From NCBI GenBank assembly GCA_041671225.1, contig JBAZBY010000001.1, positions 961,130 to 1,025,129 on the forward strand: 64,000 nucleotides of DNA, given 5' to 3'. The notes beneath the pieces are model-generated. The model was not told where the DNA came from. It searched no databases and saw only the letters and a list, made by a program, of their open reading frames with translations. The DNA is from Patescibacteria group bacterium. GTDB lineage: Bacteria; Patescibacteriota; Patescibacteriia; JBAZBY01. The position numbers and the translations under genes are program-made. Of this stretch, positions 39,306 through 49,757 are shown piece by piece; within the stretch, counting starts at the first letter, position 1, and every line of letters starts with the position of its first letter.

Positions 39306-39644
39306 ATGATTATCTCATTTCTTTTCTCGGCAATCGCAGTCTTTGTAACCGCATATCTCCTACCAGGAGTTACGGTTGGCGGATGGGTGGATGTGCTGAT
39401 TGTGGCGCTCGTGCTCGGCATGATCAATATATCCATAAAGCCTATTCTGCATCTCTTGACCTTCCCTATCACAATTCTCACATTGGGACTCTTTGCACTT
39501 GTCATAAACGCACTGCTCATTATGCTCGCCGACTGGGCTGTGAAAGGTTTCTCGGTTGATAACTTCTGGTGGGCGCTTCTCTTTAGTGTGGTGCTAACAA
39601 TCGTGAACGGGTTCCTTGGACTGTTCAAGCCAAAGCACGCCTGA
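39306..39644 (+). CDS. Phage-holin-family (YvlD-like) 4-TM membrane protein
   Basis: IKPILHLLTFPITILTLGLFALVINA signature. Confidence 0.85.
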   Translation: MIISFLFSAIAVFVTAYLLPGVTVGGWVDVLIVALVLGMINISIKPILHLLTFPITILTLGLFALVINALLIMLADWAVKGFSVDNFWWALLFSVVLTIVNGFLGLFKPKHA

Positions 39645-39670
39645 TACGCACAGGATTCAAAGAGTAAAAT

Positions 39671-40204
39671 CTATGACGACGGCGATATGATAATATAGAC
39701 GTCGTCGAGTTCGATATCCGATCCCCCAGGACCGGCATTGTTATCGTCATTATATACATTCTGCGCAATGCCATTGGGACCAAACGAACCAATGACTGCC
39801 TCCCACTGCTCACCAGCAGAAGGATCAACATCATAATCCGTATCAAGAAAATAAGGATTTCCCCATGGGTCAACGGGCAGGAATGGAACATAAGGACCCT
39901 GCCAATTCGAAAAACTGCCATCCGTAGCCACGATGCCGGCCACATCAGTACTCAGATCCCAAACTTCGTTGCCGTCCACACCTTGATGTGTTACTGGTGT
40001 TTGCGCACCAGGCCAGAGGCCGGTATCAAATTCTAAAATTCGTATCGCGGTTGCAAGAGTCCGTACATCACCCTGCGCATCTGCAATCCTCCCCTTATCG
40101 CGAAGATCCGGCAACAGTGCAAGACCAACGGCAGCCAAAATCCCGATAACAGCAATTGTCACGAGCATTTCAACGAGGGTAAAACCTTTTTGATATTTTC
40201 GCAT
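39671..40204 (-). CDS. Type IV pilin / GspG-like pseudopilin
   Basis: Prepilin motif KGFTLVEML; WQGPY...DPWGNPY...SFGPNG. Confidence 0.9.
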   Translation of the reverse strand: MRKYQKGFTLVEMLVTIAVIGILAAVGLALLPDLRDKGRIADAQGDVRTLATAIRILEFDTGLWPGAQTPVTHQGVDGNEVWDLSTDVAGIVATDGSFSNWQGPYVPFLPVDPWGNPYFLDTDYDVDPSAGEQWEAVIGSFGPNGIAQNVYNDDNNAGPGGSDIELDDVYIIISPSS

Positions 40205-40324
40205 AGAGAAAGTATAGCAAAAAAATCGTGGTCAGGCTTTGGGGACCTTCCACCTGAGGCGGACGCACTAATCTCAGCCAACGGCTGATCTGCCGATGGT
40301 GGAAACTCCTCAAATCCAAGGACG

Positions 40325-40401
40325 TGGTCGGGCTGGTGGGACTTGAACCCACGACCTCCACGACCCGAACGTGGCGCGCTAGCCAACTGCGCTACAGCCC
40401 G
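40325..40401 (-). tRNA. tRNA-Pro(CGG)
   Basis: CGGGCTG acceptor + ACCA, CCACG-TTCGGGT-CGTGG, GGTTCAAGTCC. Confidence 0.95.
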
Positions 40402-40494
40402 TCCACGTCCTTGCATTATGCAATAGCTACAACTCGAAATAACAACGCTCCGCGTACCACAGCGTAGCTGAGTATGGTGTGTTTTGCAAGCGTA

Positions 40495-40878
40495 TTAGAG
40501 AGTGCTTTCTTCGAGTCGCCAGAGAACGGTGTCATCATTCTTGGTCTCATACACATCAGCACCAACTTGTCCCTGCTCGCCGTTCACATAAAACAACCAA
40601 AAATGGTTCTCATTCGCTTCCTGCCCGTCAATACTGTTCACCAACACGCCAAAATCAAATTGCTCAAACGCAACGTCGTGCTGTTCTTCAAGAAGCTGAA
40701 AGGCATTCTTCCCCTCTTCGCCTTTGTACTCAATAGTGGCAATGGCGTTCGGGAGCTCCGGTTGTTCCGTTATCTCCGCGTTCCCTGTAACCGGAACAGT
40801 AATCTCGCCAAGAGGAGCGAGCGCAAAAAGAAGGATAAGAAGTGCAAGTGGAACGATCCACAATAGATGGCGTCGCAT
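40495..40878 (-). CDS. DUF4430 (transcobalamin C-terminal-like) protein
   Basis: N-terminal TM; FGVLVNSIDG...FWLFYVNG...VGAD. Confidence 0.82.
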   Translation of the reverse strand: MRRHLLWIVPLALLILLFALAPLGEITVPVTGNAEITEQPELPNAIATIEYKGEEGKNAFQLLEEQHDVAFEQFDFGVLVNSIDGQEANENHFWLFYVNGEQGQVGADVYETKNDDTVLWRLEESTL

Positions 40879-40951
40879 AAAAATATGGGATTAGTGTATA
40901 CTCTCCCCCTCCGCAAGCACTCTAGCAGAGCTATGCGCGTCAGACAAGGTA

Positions 40952-41677
40952 CTACTCATATTGCTCGGTTAGAATGCGGTCCCGGTCAACACCCTCAATA
41001 GTCAGCGCCTTAATAAGGTCCTGTATCATTGCGGGCGGGCCACAGAGAAAATAGAGCGGATCCGTCAGACGCTTATGGTAACGTCTAGCTGTCTCCGGCG
41101 TGAGACGCCCCTGCATAACGCCTTCCTTTGCATCCCCTTGCGTAACGGTGAGATGCAACGTCCAATGGTCATGAACAGAAAAAAGTTGCTCAATCTCCGA
41201 GCGAAACAAAAAATCCTCTTCAGCGCGGCAGCTATAGAGCAGCGTTACCGGATTTTCTTTTTTATTGTAATGAAACGATCGCAGCATACCCATGATTGGA
41301 GCAATACCTGTTCCGCCTGCAAGCAATACAAGCGGACCAGCCTCAGTATCGGGATATGTGAAAAAGCCAAGTGGCGCACGAAGCGTCACCACATCCCCTG
41401 CCTTGAGTTTGCTCAACGCTTGTGTGAAATATCCCCGCTTTTCATAACCAAACTCCAACATATCCGGATCCGTCGGCGTGGAGCTAAAGGAAAGCGGCTT
41501 GGTACGCTGTTCGCCTGTATCTTTGTCTGTGACGGTAACCATAGCAAACTGGCCGGCATTGTACGCAAAGCGCTTGCCGCTCTTGCGATCCAGGCGCAGC
41601 GCAAAACCGTTCGATGCGAGCTGCACGGTGTTGCTCACGGTATATGATGCGGTAACGGCTTTTGGCGCTTCTGACAT
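40952..41677 (-). CDS. FAD/NAD(P)-binding ferredoxin-reductase-family oxidoreductase
   Basis: AGQF, KPLSFSS, LAGGTGIAP and CGPPAM motifs. Confidence 0.88.
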   Translation of the reverse strand: MSEAPKAVTASYTVSNTVQLASNGFALRLDRKSGKRFAYNAGQFAMVTVTDKDTGEQRTKPLSFSSTPTDPDMLEFGYEKRGYFTQALSKLKAGDVVTLRAPLGFFTYPDTEAGPLVLLAGGTGIAPIMGMLRSFHYNKKENPVTLLYSCRAEEDFLFRSEIEQLFSVHDHWTLHLTVTQGDAKEGVMQGRLTPETARRYHKRLTDPLYFLCGPPAMIQDLIKALTIEGVDRDRILTEQYE

Positions 41678-41688
41678 GAAAACGTTTG

Positions 41689-42612
41689 CTATTCCCCTGC
41701 TTCCTTCTCTTCCAAGTAGCGTTGCGCATCCAGTGCAGCCATACAACCCATACCGGCAGCCGTTATTGCCTGACGATATTTATAATCATGGACATCGCCA
41801 GAAACAAAAACGCCTTCAATATTCGTTAAAGAATGATCCTTCACTTGAATGTACCCCATCTTGCCGAGCTCAATTTCTTCAGCAAACACTTCTGATGCCG
41901 GCGCGTGGCCGATGGCAACGAACAATCCTTGCGCTTTGATTTCAGATTCTTCACCTGTTGTGGCATTTTTGATCTTGAGCCCTTCCATCGCGTTCTCGCC
42001 AAGCACCTCAACAACCGATGTGTTGTACATGAGGGTTATCTTCTCGTCAGCCACGGCGCGATTCTGCATTGCCTTGCTTCCGCTCAATGCTTCACCACGA
42101 ACAAGTACCGTCACCTTATTCGCAAATTTGGTCAGGAAAGTCGCTTCTTCAAGAGCGGTATCCCCTCCGCCAACCACCACAACATCTTTGCCTTTAAAGA
42201 AGAAGCCGTCACAAGTTGCGCAGGCTGAAACTCCCTTACCGCGGAGTTTTGTTTCACTCGGGAGATTCAACCACTTTGCTTCAGCGCCGGTTGCGATAAT
42301 AACTGCCTTGGCTGCATATTCCTTCTCTCCGACCCAGAGCTTCAGCGGCTTGCCAGAAAAATCCGCCTTTGTGACCTTTTCGTTTTGAATGCGCGTACCA
42401 AACCGCTCCGCCTGTTTCATCATCTTATTCATAAGCTCCGGCCCTTGAATGCCCTCGGGAAATCCCGGAAAATTCTCTACCTCCGTGGTCCACATCAGTT
42501 GCCCGCCCGGCTCTACGCCAGCAAAAAGCAGAGGCTTCAAATCCGCACGTGCGGCATAAATAGCAGCGGTGAGTCCAGCGGGCCCAGACCCGATGATGAT
42601 CAATTTTTCCAT
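41689..42612 (-). CDS. trxB: Thioredoxin reductase
   Basis: GSGPAG, CATCDG, GGGDTALEE and YRQAITAAG motifs. Confidence 0.97.
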   Translation of the reverse strand: MEKLIIIGSGPAGLTAAIYAARADLKPLLFAGVEPGGQLMWTTEVENFPGFPEGIQGPELMNKMMKQAERFGTRIQNEKVTKADFSGKPLKLWVGEKEYAAKAVIIATGAEAKWLNLPSETKLRGKGVSACATCDGFFFKGKDVVVVGGGDTALEEATFLTKFANKVTVLVRGEALSGSKAMQNRAVADEKITLMYNTSVVEVLGENAMEGLKIKNATTGEESEIKAQGLFVAIGHAPASEVFAEEIELGKMGYIQVKDHSLTNIEGVFVSGDVHDYKYRQAITAAGMGCMAALDAQRYLEEKEAGE

Positions 42613-42620
42613 ACGACAAC

Positions 42621-44222
42621 CTAACTAATCTCTTCTCTTTTTTCCTTGATAAAGGCGAACCATTCTTCAAGTACCTTCACGAGCGTCTTAAATGGCGCCT
42701 CAATCACAAAATCGAGAATGAATGTAAGAATATTGAAACGTGGGATCTTCTTTGAAAGCCAGTGCCCCACTTGTACCACAGGAAGCGCAAAAAGGTTCAG
42801 GAGGAGTGAAAAAATATTTTCCCGCCGCTTTGTCACATAGAGTTCCTCCACCTCTGCGCGAACCTTCATTCCAAAGAATGATACGAGGGAAAGGAAGAAG
42901 AGGAAAAGCACGCCGGATACCCAGTTAAAACCTAATCGCATCAATCCCGATCCAACGAGACCAAAAGAAAGGATAAAAAGAATGGTATAGAATCCGAGGA
43001 AAAAGCGGTTTGCGAGCGGGCTGAAGCGCCGTATTGGGAGATGGAGTTCATTCTGAATAACATTCTGATCCGCCGGGTAGAGCAACCCGCGCAAGCCACT
43101 AAGAATCTTTGCCGTATTCTTCTTGCCTGGAATGGAAATAAGGATGCCAATGAGGAAAAGCAAGGTCGGATGGAATATGGCATTCACGATGAGTGGGGTC
43201 CACCGAATCTCACTGAGAAAGAAAAGATCATACGGCAACTCGATCAAAAATGCGAGTACGAACTTCGTAAGAAAAAGATAAATAATGCTGCGGACGATAA
43301 TGCGGCCAACGCGTGAACGAACGCGCTGATATCGTTCGCGGCTCGCCTCAGAAACCGCAATCGTTAATTTGTCCGGATCCTCAAAGATCTGCCGTGTATT
43401 GTCACCATATTTTTCAAGAATATCACGAAGAATGAGAAAGTATGTTGCGTAACGCTTCATGCGGCGGTGGAGCGGATCCGTCAGTGGGTGGTTAATATTA
43501 TGTTCCACGCGCATCTTCAGTTCACGAATCTGACCCACGATCATCTTTGCGGTACTCGGATCGCGCTCTATCCAATCTGGAACAAAAAAAGTAAAAAGGT
43601 GATAACGGAGTATTGCCTCATCTGAACGTATCAGTGAACGATGAATCGCCAGATACAACTGAAGCTCTTTCTCCACCTTGGGGTAATTCCCCGCGATCTC
43701 AACAACACCATTCACCTGTCCGAAGACATACTCAACCAATGCGTCAGACTTCACAGGGGGCGCAAGGAGCTGTTCAACCTCTGTTGCGGCGATCGAGAGC
43801 ATCCAATCACGCAGATCAAAACGCTCTCCCCACGACGTTTGACCCGTGAGTTGATCAAAAACAGCGAGATAACGATCCACAACCCGATCCACGCGCTCTG
43901 AAAGCGCCATTGGTAATTTATTATTCGGGAGATATCGTCCGCGGATCAACTCATCAATGAGCTCATGCCCGAGATTTTTTTTGTTGTGTTCAATAACAAG
44001 CCGACGACGCAGAAAACGTTCAATGGCATTCTTGCGCAACAAGTGCTCTTCTTTAAAATCAATTGCGTTGCGCAGCTTCTCATAGAAGAACGCAAGGTTC
44101 CCCACAAGTAAATCAACCTGAAAACGTTCTTCTCCAGGTTTTGCATCGTGGCTTTCTGGGATGCGCATGTAGCGCTCCTCTAGCCGATTGTAGGACGGAT
44201 CGAGTTGCTGTTTTGCTGCCAT
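42621..44222 (-). CDS. Conserved CPR hypothetical membrane protein
   Basis: 533 aa; soluble N-terminus (YEKLRNAIDFKEEHLLRKNAIER) and several C-terminal TMs. Confidence 0.75.
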   Translation of the reverse strand: MAAKQQLDPSYNRLEERYMRIPESHDAKPGEERFQVDLLVGNLAFFYEKLRNAIDFKEEHLLRKNAIERFLRRRLVIEHNKKNLGHELIDELIRGRYLPNNKLPMALSERVDRVVDRYLAVFDQLTGQTSWGERFDLRDWMLSIAATEVEQLLAPPVKSDALVEYVFGQVNGVVEIAGNYPKVEKELQLYLAIHRSLIRSDEAILRYHLFTFFVPDWIERDPSTAKMIVGQIRELKMRVEHNINHPLTDPLHRRMKRYATYFLILRDILEKYGDNTRQIFEDPDKLTIAVSEASRERYQRVRSRVGRIIVRSIIYLFLTKFVLAFLIELPYDLFFLSEIRWTPLIVNAIFHPTLLFLIGILISIPGKKNTAKILSGLRGLLYPADQNVIQNELHLPIRRFSPLANRFFLGFYTILFILSFGLVGSGLMRLGFNWVSGVLFLFFLSLVSFFGMKVRAEVEELYVTKRRENIFSLLLNLFALPVVQVGHWLSKKIPRFNILTFILDFVIEAPFKTLVKVLEEWFAFIKEKREEIS

Positions 44223-44285
44223 TGCTCTGTTCTAGTTTCAGAACTATACCAGCTTTGAAAGCTGTTTGTCAATCACTTGCGTACC

Positions 44286-44313
44286 ACAAAACCGCCCCTG
44301 AAGGCGGTTTTGT
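44286..44313 (-). terminator. Hairpin terminator
   Basis: ACAAAACCGCC-CCTGAA-GGCGGTTTTGT. Confidence 0.65.
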
Positions 44314-44324
44314 ATATCAATATA

Positions 44325-47300
44325 TTATGGAACCTGTTCTATATGCTCCGTTGGAGGCTTGGTGTCGCCGCCAGAACTATTTGTATTTGTCGTGCAAGCA
44401 CCTCCAGCAGTACAGGTCTCACCAATTTGGCATTCATATCCGCACATCGTGCAATTCAATACAAGTGTCCCGCCATCACACAAATAGCCATCTACATTAC
44501 AGGTATTCAGCGCTGTTCCGTCAGTGCATTCCCCCGCGGAAAAACATCCGAGCTGACCTACATCACAGGTATGGAAGGTAAAGGGTCCATAGAGGCGCAT
44601 ATTTCCATCAGCATCCTGGAGGCGAATTGTGTAGATGTAATCGGTATCGAACGTCAACCCGGTAATCTGATAGCTATGACTTGTTGCAAATTCGGGGCTG
44701 GTTATTACGCTTGAAGGAGGATTAATCGTTCCCCAGCTCACCACTGCTTCTGCGCTTTCATCTGACTGGAATGATATTGTTGTACTGCAGCCTACTGATC
44801 CACAATATATTCCAGCAAAGGGACTAATAAGTACCGGCGGTTCTGTATCGCCTGTGACCGGCTGTTCACAATCAATAGCATGCGTTAGCAACGCATCCGT
44901 GTACGGGATGCCGGCGGTGTCATAGTAGTACCTTGCGATTGATCCAGACGGTACAACAGTTTCTGGTACGCAGAGTGAAAAGTCATAGTTCCCTTCTGGC
45001 CCGACGAATGTGGCACTTATAGTACGCGCTGGGAACGTTGCTGCATCAAAGCCATTTTGCCACATGACGAGCGAAAAAGCGTCTCCAAGAGAACCCTGAA
45101 CTGTTTCGCCTTGTGCCCATTCATTATTCGCAGGGTAAAGCGTTCCCATACCCTGTGCGTTTCGGACAAAGTCATAGCCATGATCAACATCAAGACCTGT
45201 GCTCGGGCTGATACTGGCATTTGTCACCTGCAACGGAACGAGTGCATCTGCCAGCAGCTCACCACACGATGCAATGGTTGCCATTTGAGTGAGCAATACA
45301 TCCGTGTACGGTGTGCCACGAGCATCAAAGTAGTACCTTATGGTTTCGCCATACGGAACAAGAGTCTCCGGGATACAGAGCGGGAGATTAAATGCACCGT
45401 CTGGACCGACGAACGAGGCATTCAGAACCCGTGCCGGTAATGCCATCGGTTCAAAGCCATTTTGCCACATGACGAGCGAGAGCGGATCAGCAGTGGTGCT
45501 TGGAACTGTCTCACCCTGAGCCCACTCATTATTCAACGGATACAGCGTTCCCATACCCTGTGCGTTTCGGACAAAATCATAACCAAAGTCCTGGCTGAAT
45601 GTATCAATAACAGCGCTGATGCTCATATTTGTTACCTGAAGTGGAACAAGTGCATCTGCCAGAAGCTCATCGCACGGCGCAGTCGTTGCCATCTGGGTAA
45701 GCAGCGCATCTGTATATGGGGTGCCGTTGGTGTCGTAGTAGTAGACAGGGTTCGTCGCGTCTGGTTCATCGCTCACAACCGTCTCCGGCATGCAGAAGGT
45801 ATGGGTGCCGAGGTCGCTCTCGAGAGAGAATATATTTGCCGGAAGCGTGTATACACCACCGTCAAATGCCTCAAAGGTGAGGGCAAGCGGGATGGTGCTG
45901 CCAGCAAACGGCAACTCGCTGCTATTATTGAAGGTTGTGCTGCTGGCAGAGAACCCGCCGAGGAGGACGTCGTGGCGCCGGAAATCCAAACTCACATGAT
46001 CCACTTCCGCATTAAGGACGCCATTGGTGAGATCGGTGGGGATGTAGGCATTCGCAAGAAGGTCATCGCAGTCTGCGGTCGTGGCACGCTGGGTCAGCAA
46101 TACATCTGTGTACGGGGTGCCAGTGGTATCGTAGTAGTAGACAGGGTTCGTCGCGTCTGGTTCATCGCTCACAACCGTCTCCGGCATGCAGAAGGTATGG
46201 GTGCCGAGGTCGCTCTCGAGAGTAAACGTATTTGCCGGAAGCGTGTATACACCACCGTCAAATGCCTCAAAGGTGAGGGAGAGCGGGATGGTGCTGCCAG
46301 CAAACGGCAACTCGCTGCTATTATTGAAGGTTGTGCTGCTGGCAGAGAACCCGCCGAGGAGGACGTCGTGGCGCCGGAAATCCAGACTCACATGATTTAC
46401 TTCCGCATTGAGGACGCCATTGGTGAGGTCGGTGGGGCGGTAAGCATTCGCAAGAAGTTCGTTGCACGGCTTGGTCGTCGCCATCTGGGTAAGCAACGCA
46501 TCTGTATATGGGGTGCCGTTCGTGTCGTAGAAATAATGCAACCCATTTGATCCATCATAATTATCCCACGCAAAGTCAGGTACGTCGGAATCTGGAATGC
46601 AGAGATCAATGGCTCCCTGATCCGTTTCCAAGGTAAAGACATTTCCTGGAAAATGCGTTTCTCCTTGTGATGCCAGAATCATGTACAACGTCGATGTCGT
46701 CGGCGTATCTTGCAATGCACTTCCGGCACTGAACGAGTTTGTATTCGTGTCATACAAGGCCATCGTCGACATGAAACGCCGGAAAATCAACGAGAAGGGG
46801 TGAACCGTGGATGGCATTTCCACCAGATACTCTTTATCTGACGGGACAACGGGAACAGCTGGTGCCTCAGGAATCTCATTCACGAAACTTCCGGCAAGTA
46901 GTCCACCGGTCAACGCTGATGGACTGAATGACTTTGTCGCTGTCGTTCTGCAATCACCCGGATTCACCTTCTGCCGCAGACCCCGGTCAGCGTATGTATT
47001 CCCATACCTGTCCACCCAATACCGATATGGCTGCGTAATCGGTTCTATCGAAAATGGCGTTTGCGCATTCGCCGTTGGTATACCAAAAAGGGACTCTGTG
47101 GCGGATGTGCCTTTCGTAAGGGCCACATACTCCCGGGAAGAAGGAATACAGACGATGAATCCGGCTGTGCTGTTAGATAGAGTGAGATTGATTGCCGCAT
47201 GCTCTGTGTAAGTTTCAACATAGAGTGGCAGTGCTGTTGGTGAAGAGCCATCATATGTTTCTGTATTATCCGGAAAGGACCATACGCCAAATTCTACAGG

Positions 47301-47582
47301 ATTATCTAAACTTCCCGTCCATCCCTGGTACTTCAGAGTAATGCCCAGGTCTGACGTAACCGGCACAGAGAGATCCAGATCCGTGATGCGCATCGGGATG
47401 TTTTGTGGCTGCCAGGGCAGCTTCGGCAATTTCTTTATCGGGATTGCACCAATTCCCATTGCAAGCCCTGCGCCGCCGAGGAATGCGCCGAGCATCATAA
47501 CGGACACAAGTATGCGCTGTGCAACAGGAAGGCCGGTCTTGACCTCAATGCTAGTATCCTGCTGGAGTATTTGATTTGCCAT
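44325..47582 (-). CDS. Large membrane-anchored repeat protein
   Basis: N-terminal TM, about six 130-aa repeats ending YYYDxxGxPYTDxLLT, FN3-like and Cys-rich C-terminus. Confidence 0.8.
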   Translation of the reverse strand: MANQILQQDTSIEVKTGLPVAQRILVSVMMLGAFLGGAGLAMGIGAIPIKKLPKLPWQPQNIPMRITDLDLSVPVTSDLGITLKYQGWTGSLDNPVEFGVWSFPDNTETYDGSSPTALPLYVETYTEHAAINLTLSNSTAGFIVCIPSSREYVALTKGTSATESLFGIPTANAQTPFSIEPITQPYRYWVDRYGNTYADRGLRQKVNPGDCRTTATKSFSPSALTGGLLAGSFVNEIPEAPAVPVVPSDKEYLVEMPSTVHPFSLIFRRFMSTMALYDTNTNSFSAGSALQDTPTTSTLYMILASQGETHFPGNVFTLETDQGAIDLCIPDSDVPDFAWDNYDGSNGLHYFYDTNGTPYTDALLTQMATTKPCNELLANAYRPTDLTNGVLNAEVNHVSLDFRRHDVLLGGFSASSTTFNNSSELPFAGSTIPLSLTFEAFDGGVYTLPANTFTLESDLGTHTFCMPETVVSDEPDATNPVYYYDTTGTPYTDVLLTQRATTADCDDLLANAYIPTDLTNGVLNAEVDHVSLDFRRHDVLLGGFSASSTTFNNSSELPFAGSTIPLALTFEAFDGGVYTLPANIFSLESDLGTHTFCMPETVVSDEPDATNPVYYYDTNGTPYTDALLTQMATTAPCDELLADALVPLQVTNMSISAVIDTFSQDFGYDFVRNAQGMGTLYPLNNEWAQGETVPSTTADPLSLVMWQNGFEPMALPARVLNASFVGPDGAFNLPLCIPETLVPYGETIRYYFDARGTPYTDVLLTQMATIASCGELLADALVPLQVTNASISPSTGLDVDHGYDFVRNAQGMGTLYPANNEWAQGETVQGSLGDAFSLVMWQNGFDAATFPARTISATFVGPEGNYDFSLCVPETVVPSGSIARYYYDTAGIPYTDALLTHAIDCEQPVTGDTEPPVLISPFAGIYCGSVGCSTTISFQSDESAEAVVSWGTINPPSSVITSPEFATSHSYQITGLTFDTDYIYTIRLQDADGNMRLYGPFTFHTCDVGQLGCFSAGECTDGTALNTCNVDGYLCDGGTLVLNCTMCGYECQIGETCTAGGACTTNTNSSGGDTKPPTEHIEQVP
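45733..46457. repeat. Near-identical about 330-bp intragenic direct repeat (45733-46061 and 46129-46457)
   Basis: 396-bp period. A second, more diverged pair has a 405-bp period (45046 and 45451). Confidence 0.9.
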
Positions 47583-47827
47583 ATATTATAAAGACAACAA
47601 CGCCGCTAAAACGGCGCTGCGATGATTAATATAAATTGTATGATCCACGTGAAATACGATGAATCGTTTTTGTTTTACGACATAAATCATTATAGCATAT
47701 TTCTCTTGCCAAGACAAGTGGCGAAGGCCTGGCAGGCCCGCCCGCCTCGCAAGCGAAGCGTTGCGGGCAGATGGTTTTGTTTTTTTGGATACGAAAGCGT
47801 GCCCGTCGCAGAAGCGAACGGGCACGG

Positions 47828-48466
47828 CTAGAGAGCGGGTTTTACGCTAAAGGTATTGAGTTCCTTCAGCGCGACGAGAACTGTCCGGACGGCGATCCTG
47901 CCAACGAGCGTCACGATCACGAGGCTCAGGGCTGGGTCCAGGAACCACCAGTCGGTAAGAAGTATCGCTGCATTGGAGATGATCGCGATTACTGAGGTAA
48001 GACCGTCCGTGAGAACGTGCAGCCGTGCCATGCGCACGTTGAGATTCGCATGGCCTGCGCGGTGCAGCACTGCATAGATGCCGATGTTCGCAACGAGCCC
48101 GAGGCTCGCAGTCCACAGCGCCGGTGCGGCGATTACATCCCGCGGATGCAGGAAGCGTGCAGCGGTCTCCATCAACACATAGAGCATGACGAGAATGAGC
48201 AAAGCGCCGTTCACGAGGCAGCCGATGAGATCAGCGCGCGTGTTGCCGTTCACGCGGGTCGTACCGTTGCCGACGTGCGCAGCGAGTGCCGCGATCATGA
48301 GCGCGAGCGTATCCACCAGCATGTGGCCGGCATCCGCACGCAGTGCGATGCTTCCGCTCACATAACTCACGACCGCTTCCGCAAGGAAGACTGCGCCATA
48401 CAGCATACACGCAATGAGGAGCTGCCGGCTCCCCCGCGCGTACACGACGTGCAGGTGCTCCGACAT
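47828..48466 (-). CDS. Cation diffusion facilitator (CzcD/ZitB-like), membrane domain only
   Basis: SGSIALRADAGHMLVD, NLNVRMARLHVLTD and LDP motifs. Confidence 0.85.
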   Translation of the reverse strand: MSEHLHVVYARGSRQLLIACMLYGAVFLAEAVVSYVSGSIALRADAGHMLVDTLALMIAALAAHVGNGTTRVNGNTRADLIGCLVNGALLILVMLYVLMETAARFLHPRDVIAAPALWTASLGLVANIGIYAVLHRAGHANLNVRMARLHVLTDGLTSVIAIISNAAILLTDWWFLDPALSLVIVTLVGRIAVRTVLVALKELNTFSVKPAL

Positions 48467-48545
48467 GTTTCCTCCGGTGCATATAGCACAGAAAAGAGCG
48501 CCTCTGTCTTAGCACAGGCGCAGCAAGAGGGCAAGGCCCTTACGT

Positions 48546-49757
48546 CTACTTTTTCCCGAACAAGCGCCGGAAGGAAAGCCGCTCTGTATACTCCAGGGAA
48601 CCAAGCTCAAAAAGTTTGAACGCGAGCCAAAATCCACCGGCAACGTATGCAGCGACCGCGACCGCACCAAGCGCCAAGCCGAGCGGAGAGATGGCATCCA
48701 GCGCGTTACGGAAGAGTAATATCAGCGGCGCGGTGAACGGGAAGTAGCTCACGATCTGCGCAATGGTGCCGCTGGGGTCCGCAAGCAGTATGGTGACGAA
48801 ATAGATGGGAAACACGGTGAGGATGATGAACACCGAGGAAAGCTGCTGCGCTTCCTTATATGACGGCACGGCAGAACCCACGCCCACCATGATGGCGGCG
48901 ATGAACAAAAAGCCGGCAAGGATGAAGTACAGTGCATAGAGCACCTGCACCGGATCCACAGTTATCTGCGAAAGGTCGATGGGGAGGTCGATGCGCGACG
49001 CCGCGACCGCAATGATCGCGCCGAACAAAGCGCTCAAGATAGCGATCTGCGTCAGCGCAACGCCGGAAAGCCCCAGAATCTTCCCCCAAATGAGCTGCCG
49101 CGGCGTTACCACGGAAAGCATGGTCTCTATCATGCGGTTCTCCTTTTCTTCAGAAACAGAAAGCAGCATGGAGCTGGATGCAAGGATGACCAGCAAGAAG
49201 AATAGTGCGATGGATGCAATGGGGACCACGAAATTCTCAAACCGCATATCAACAAGCGCGCCGTTTTTATACAACTTTTCATCAACTTTCAACGTGCTGT
49301 TATACAGCGCACGCGCGTCCGGGTCCGGAACGGTCGCCAAGATGCTCTGCTTCACCAGGTTCCGCGCTGCATCATTGTATTGCCCGCGCGTGATGATGCC
49401 GTTATCCTGCGCATACACCGTTATGGATTTGCTCTGTGCCAGGTCCTCCGGGAAGCTCATCAGCACGTCCGCCCTGTTCTGCTGCACCTGAGCGAGCGCT
49501 TCGGCCTCATCGGCCGTTCGCTGGAATGGCGGCTGGAGCGGCAGCGTCACTTTTCCGGACGGGTCATAGACAAAGATGATCTTTGCGCGCGTCGCGGCCT
49601 CTTGGATCTTCTTCTCGACCGAGGTTGCAGAAAGCCCCTGGATCGCCATGATCACCATCAAGAAAACGGGCAGCAGAAGCGTGGTGAACCAGAAGGTCTT
49701 GCTGCGCACGACCTTCACGTATTCCCGCTTTGCTATCGTTGTGATGTTATGTTCCAT
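48546..49757 (-). CDS. ABC-2 permease (NatB-like)
   Basis: IAKREY, VSEEKENRMIETML and GKILG motifs. Confidence 0.9.
   Translation of the reverse strand: MEHNITTIAKREYVKVVRSKTFWFTTLLLPVFLMVIMAIQGLSATSVEKKIQEAATRAKIIFVYDPSGKVTLPLQPPFQRTADEAEALAQVQQNRADVLMSFPEDLAQSKSITVYAQDNGIITRGQYNDAARNLVKQSILATVPDPDARALYNSTLKVDEKLYKNGALVDMRFENFVVPIASIALFFLLVILASSSMLLSVSEEKENRMIETMLSVVTPRQLIWGKILGLSGVALTQIAILSALFGAIIAVAASRIDLPIDLSQITVDPVQVLYALYFILAGFLFIAAIMVGVGSAVPSYKEAQQLSSVFIILTVFPIYFVTILLADPSGTIAQIVSYFPFTAPLILLFRNALDAISPLGLALGAVAVAAYVAGGFWLAFKLFELGSLEYTERLSFRRLFGKK

Noticed and set aside
39306-39644. Prophage suggested by the holin-family gene
   Set aside because: This family is commonly chromosomal, and no phage structural, lysin or integrase genes are nearby.
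40226-40320. Degenerate copy of the tRNA-Pro 3' end as an att site
   Set aside because: The similarity is short and imperfect, lies only about 100 nt from the tRNA, and there is no integrase or island between them.
45733-46457. DGR template/variable repeat pair
   Set aside because: Both copies are in-frame within one gene, the differences are not confined to adenines, and no reverse transcriptase is present.
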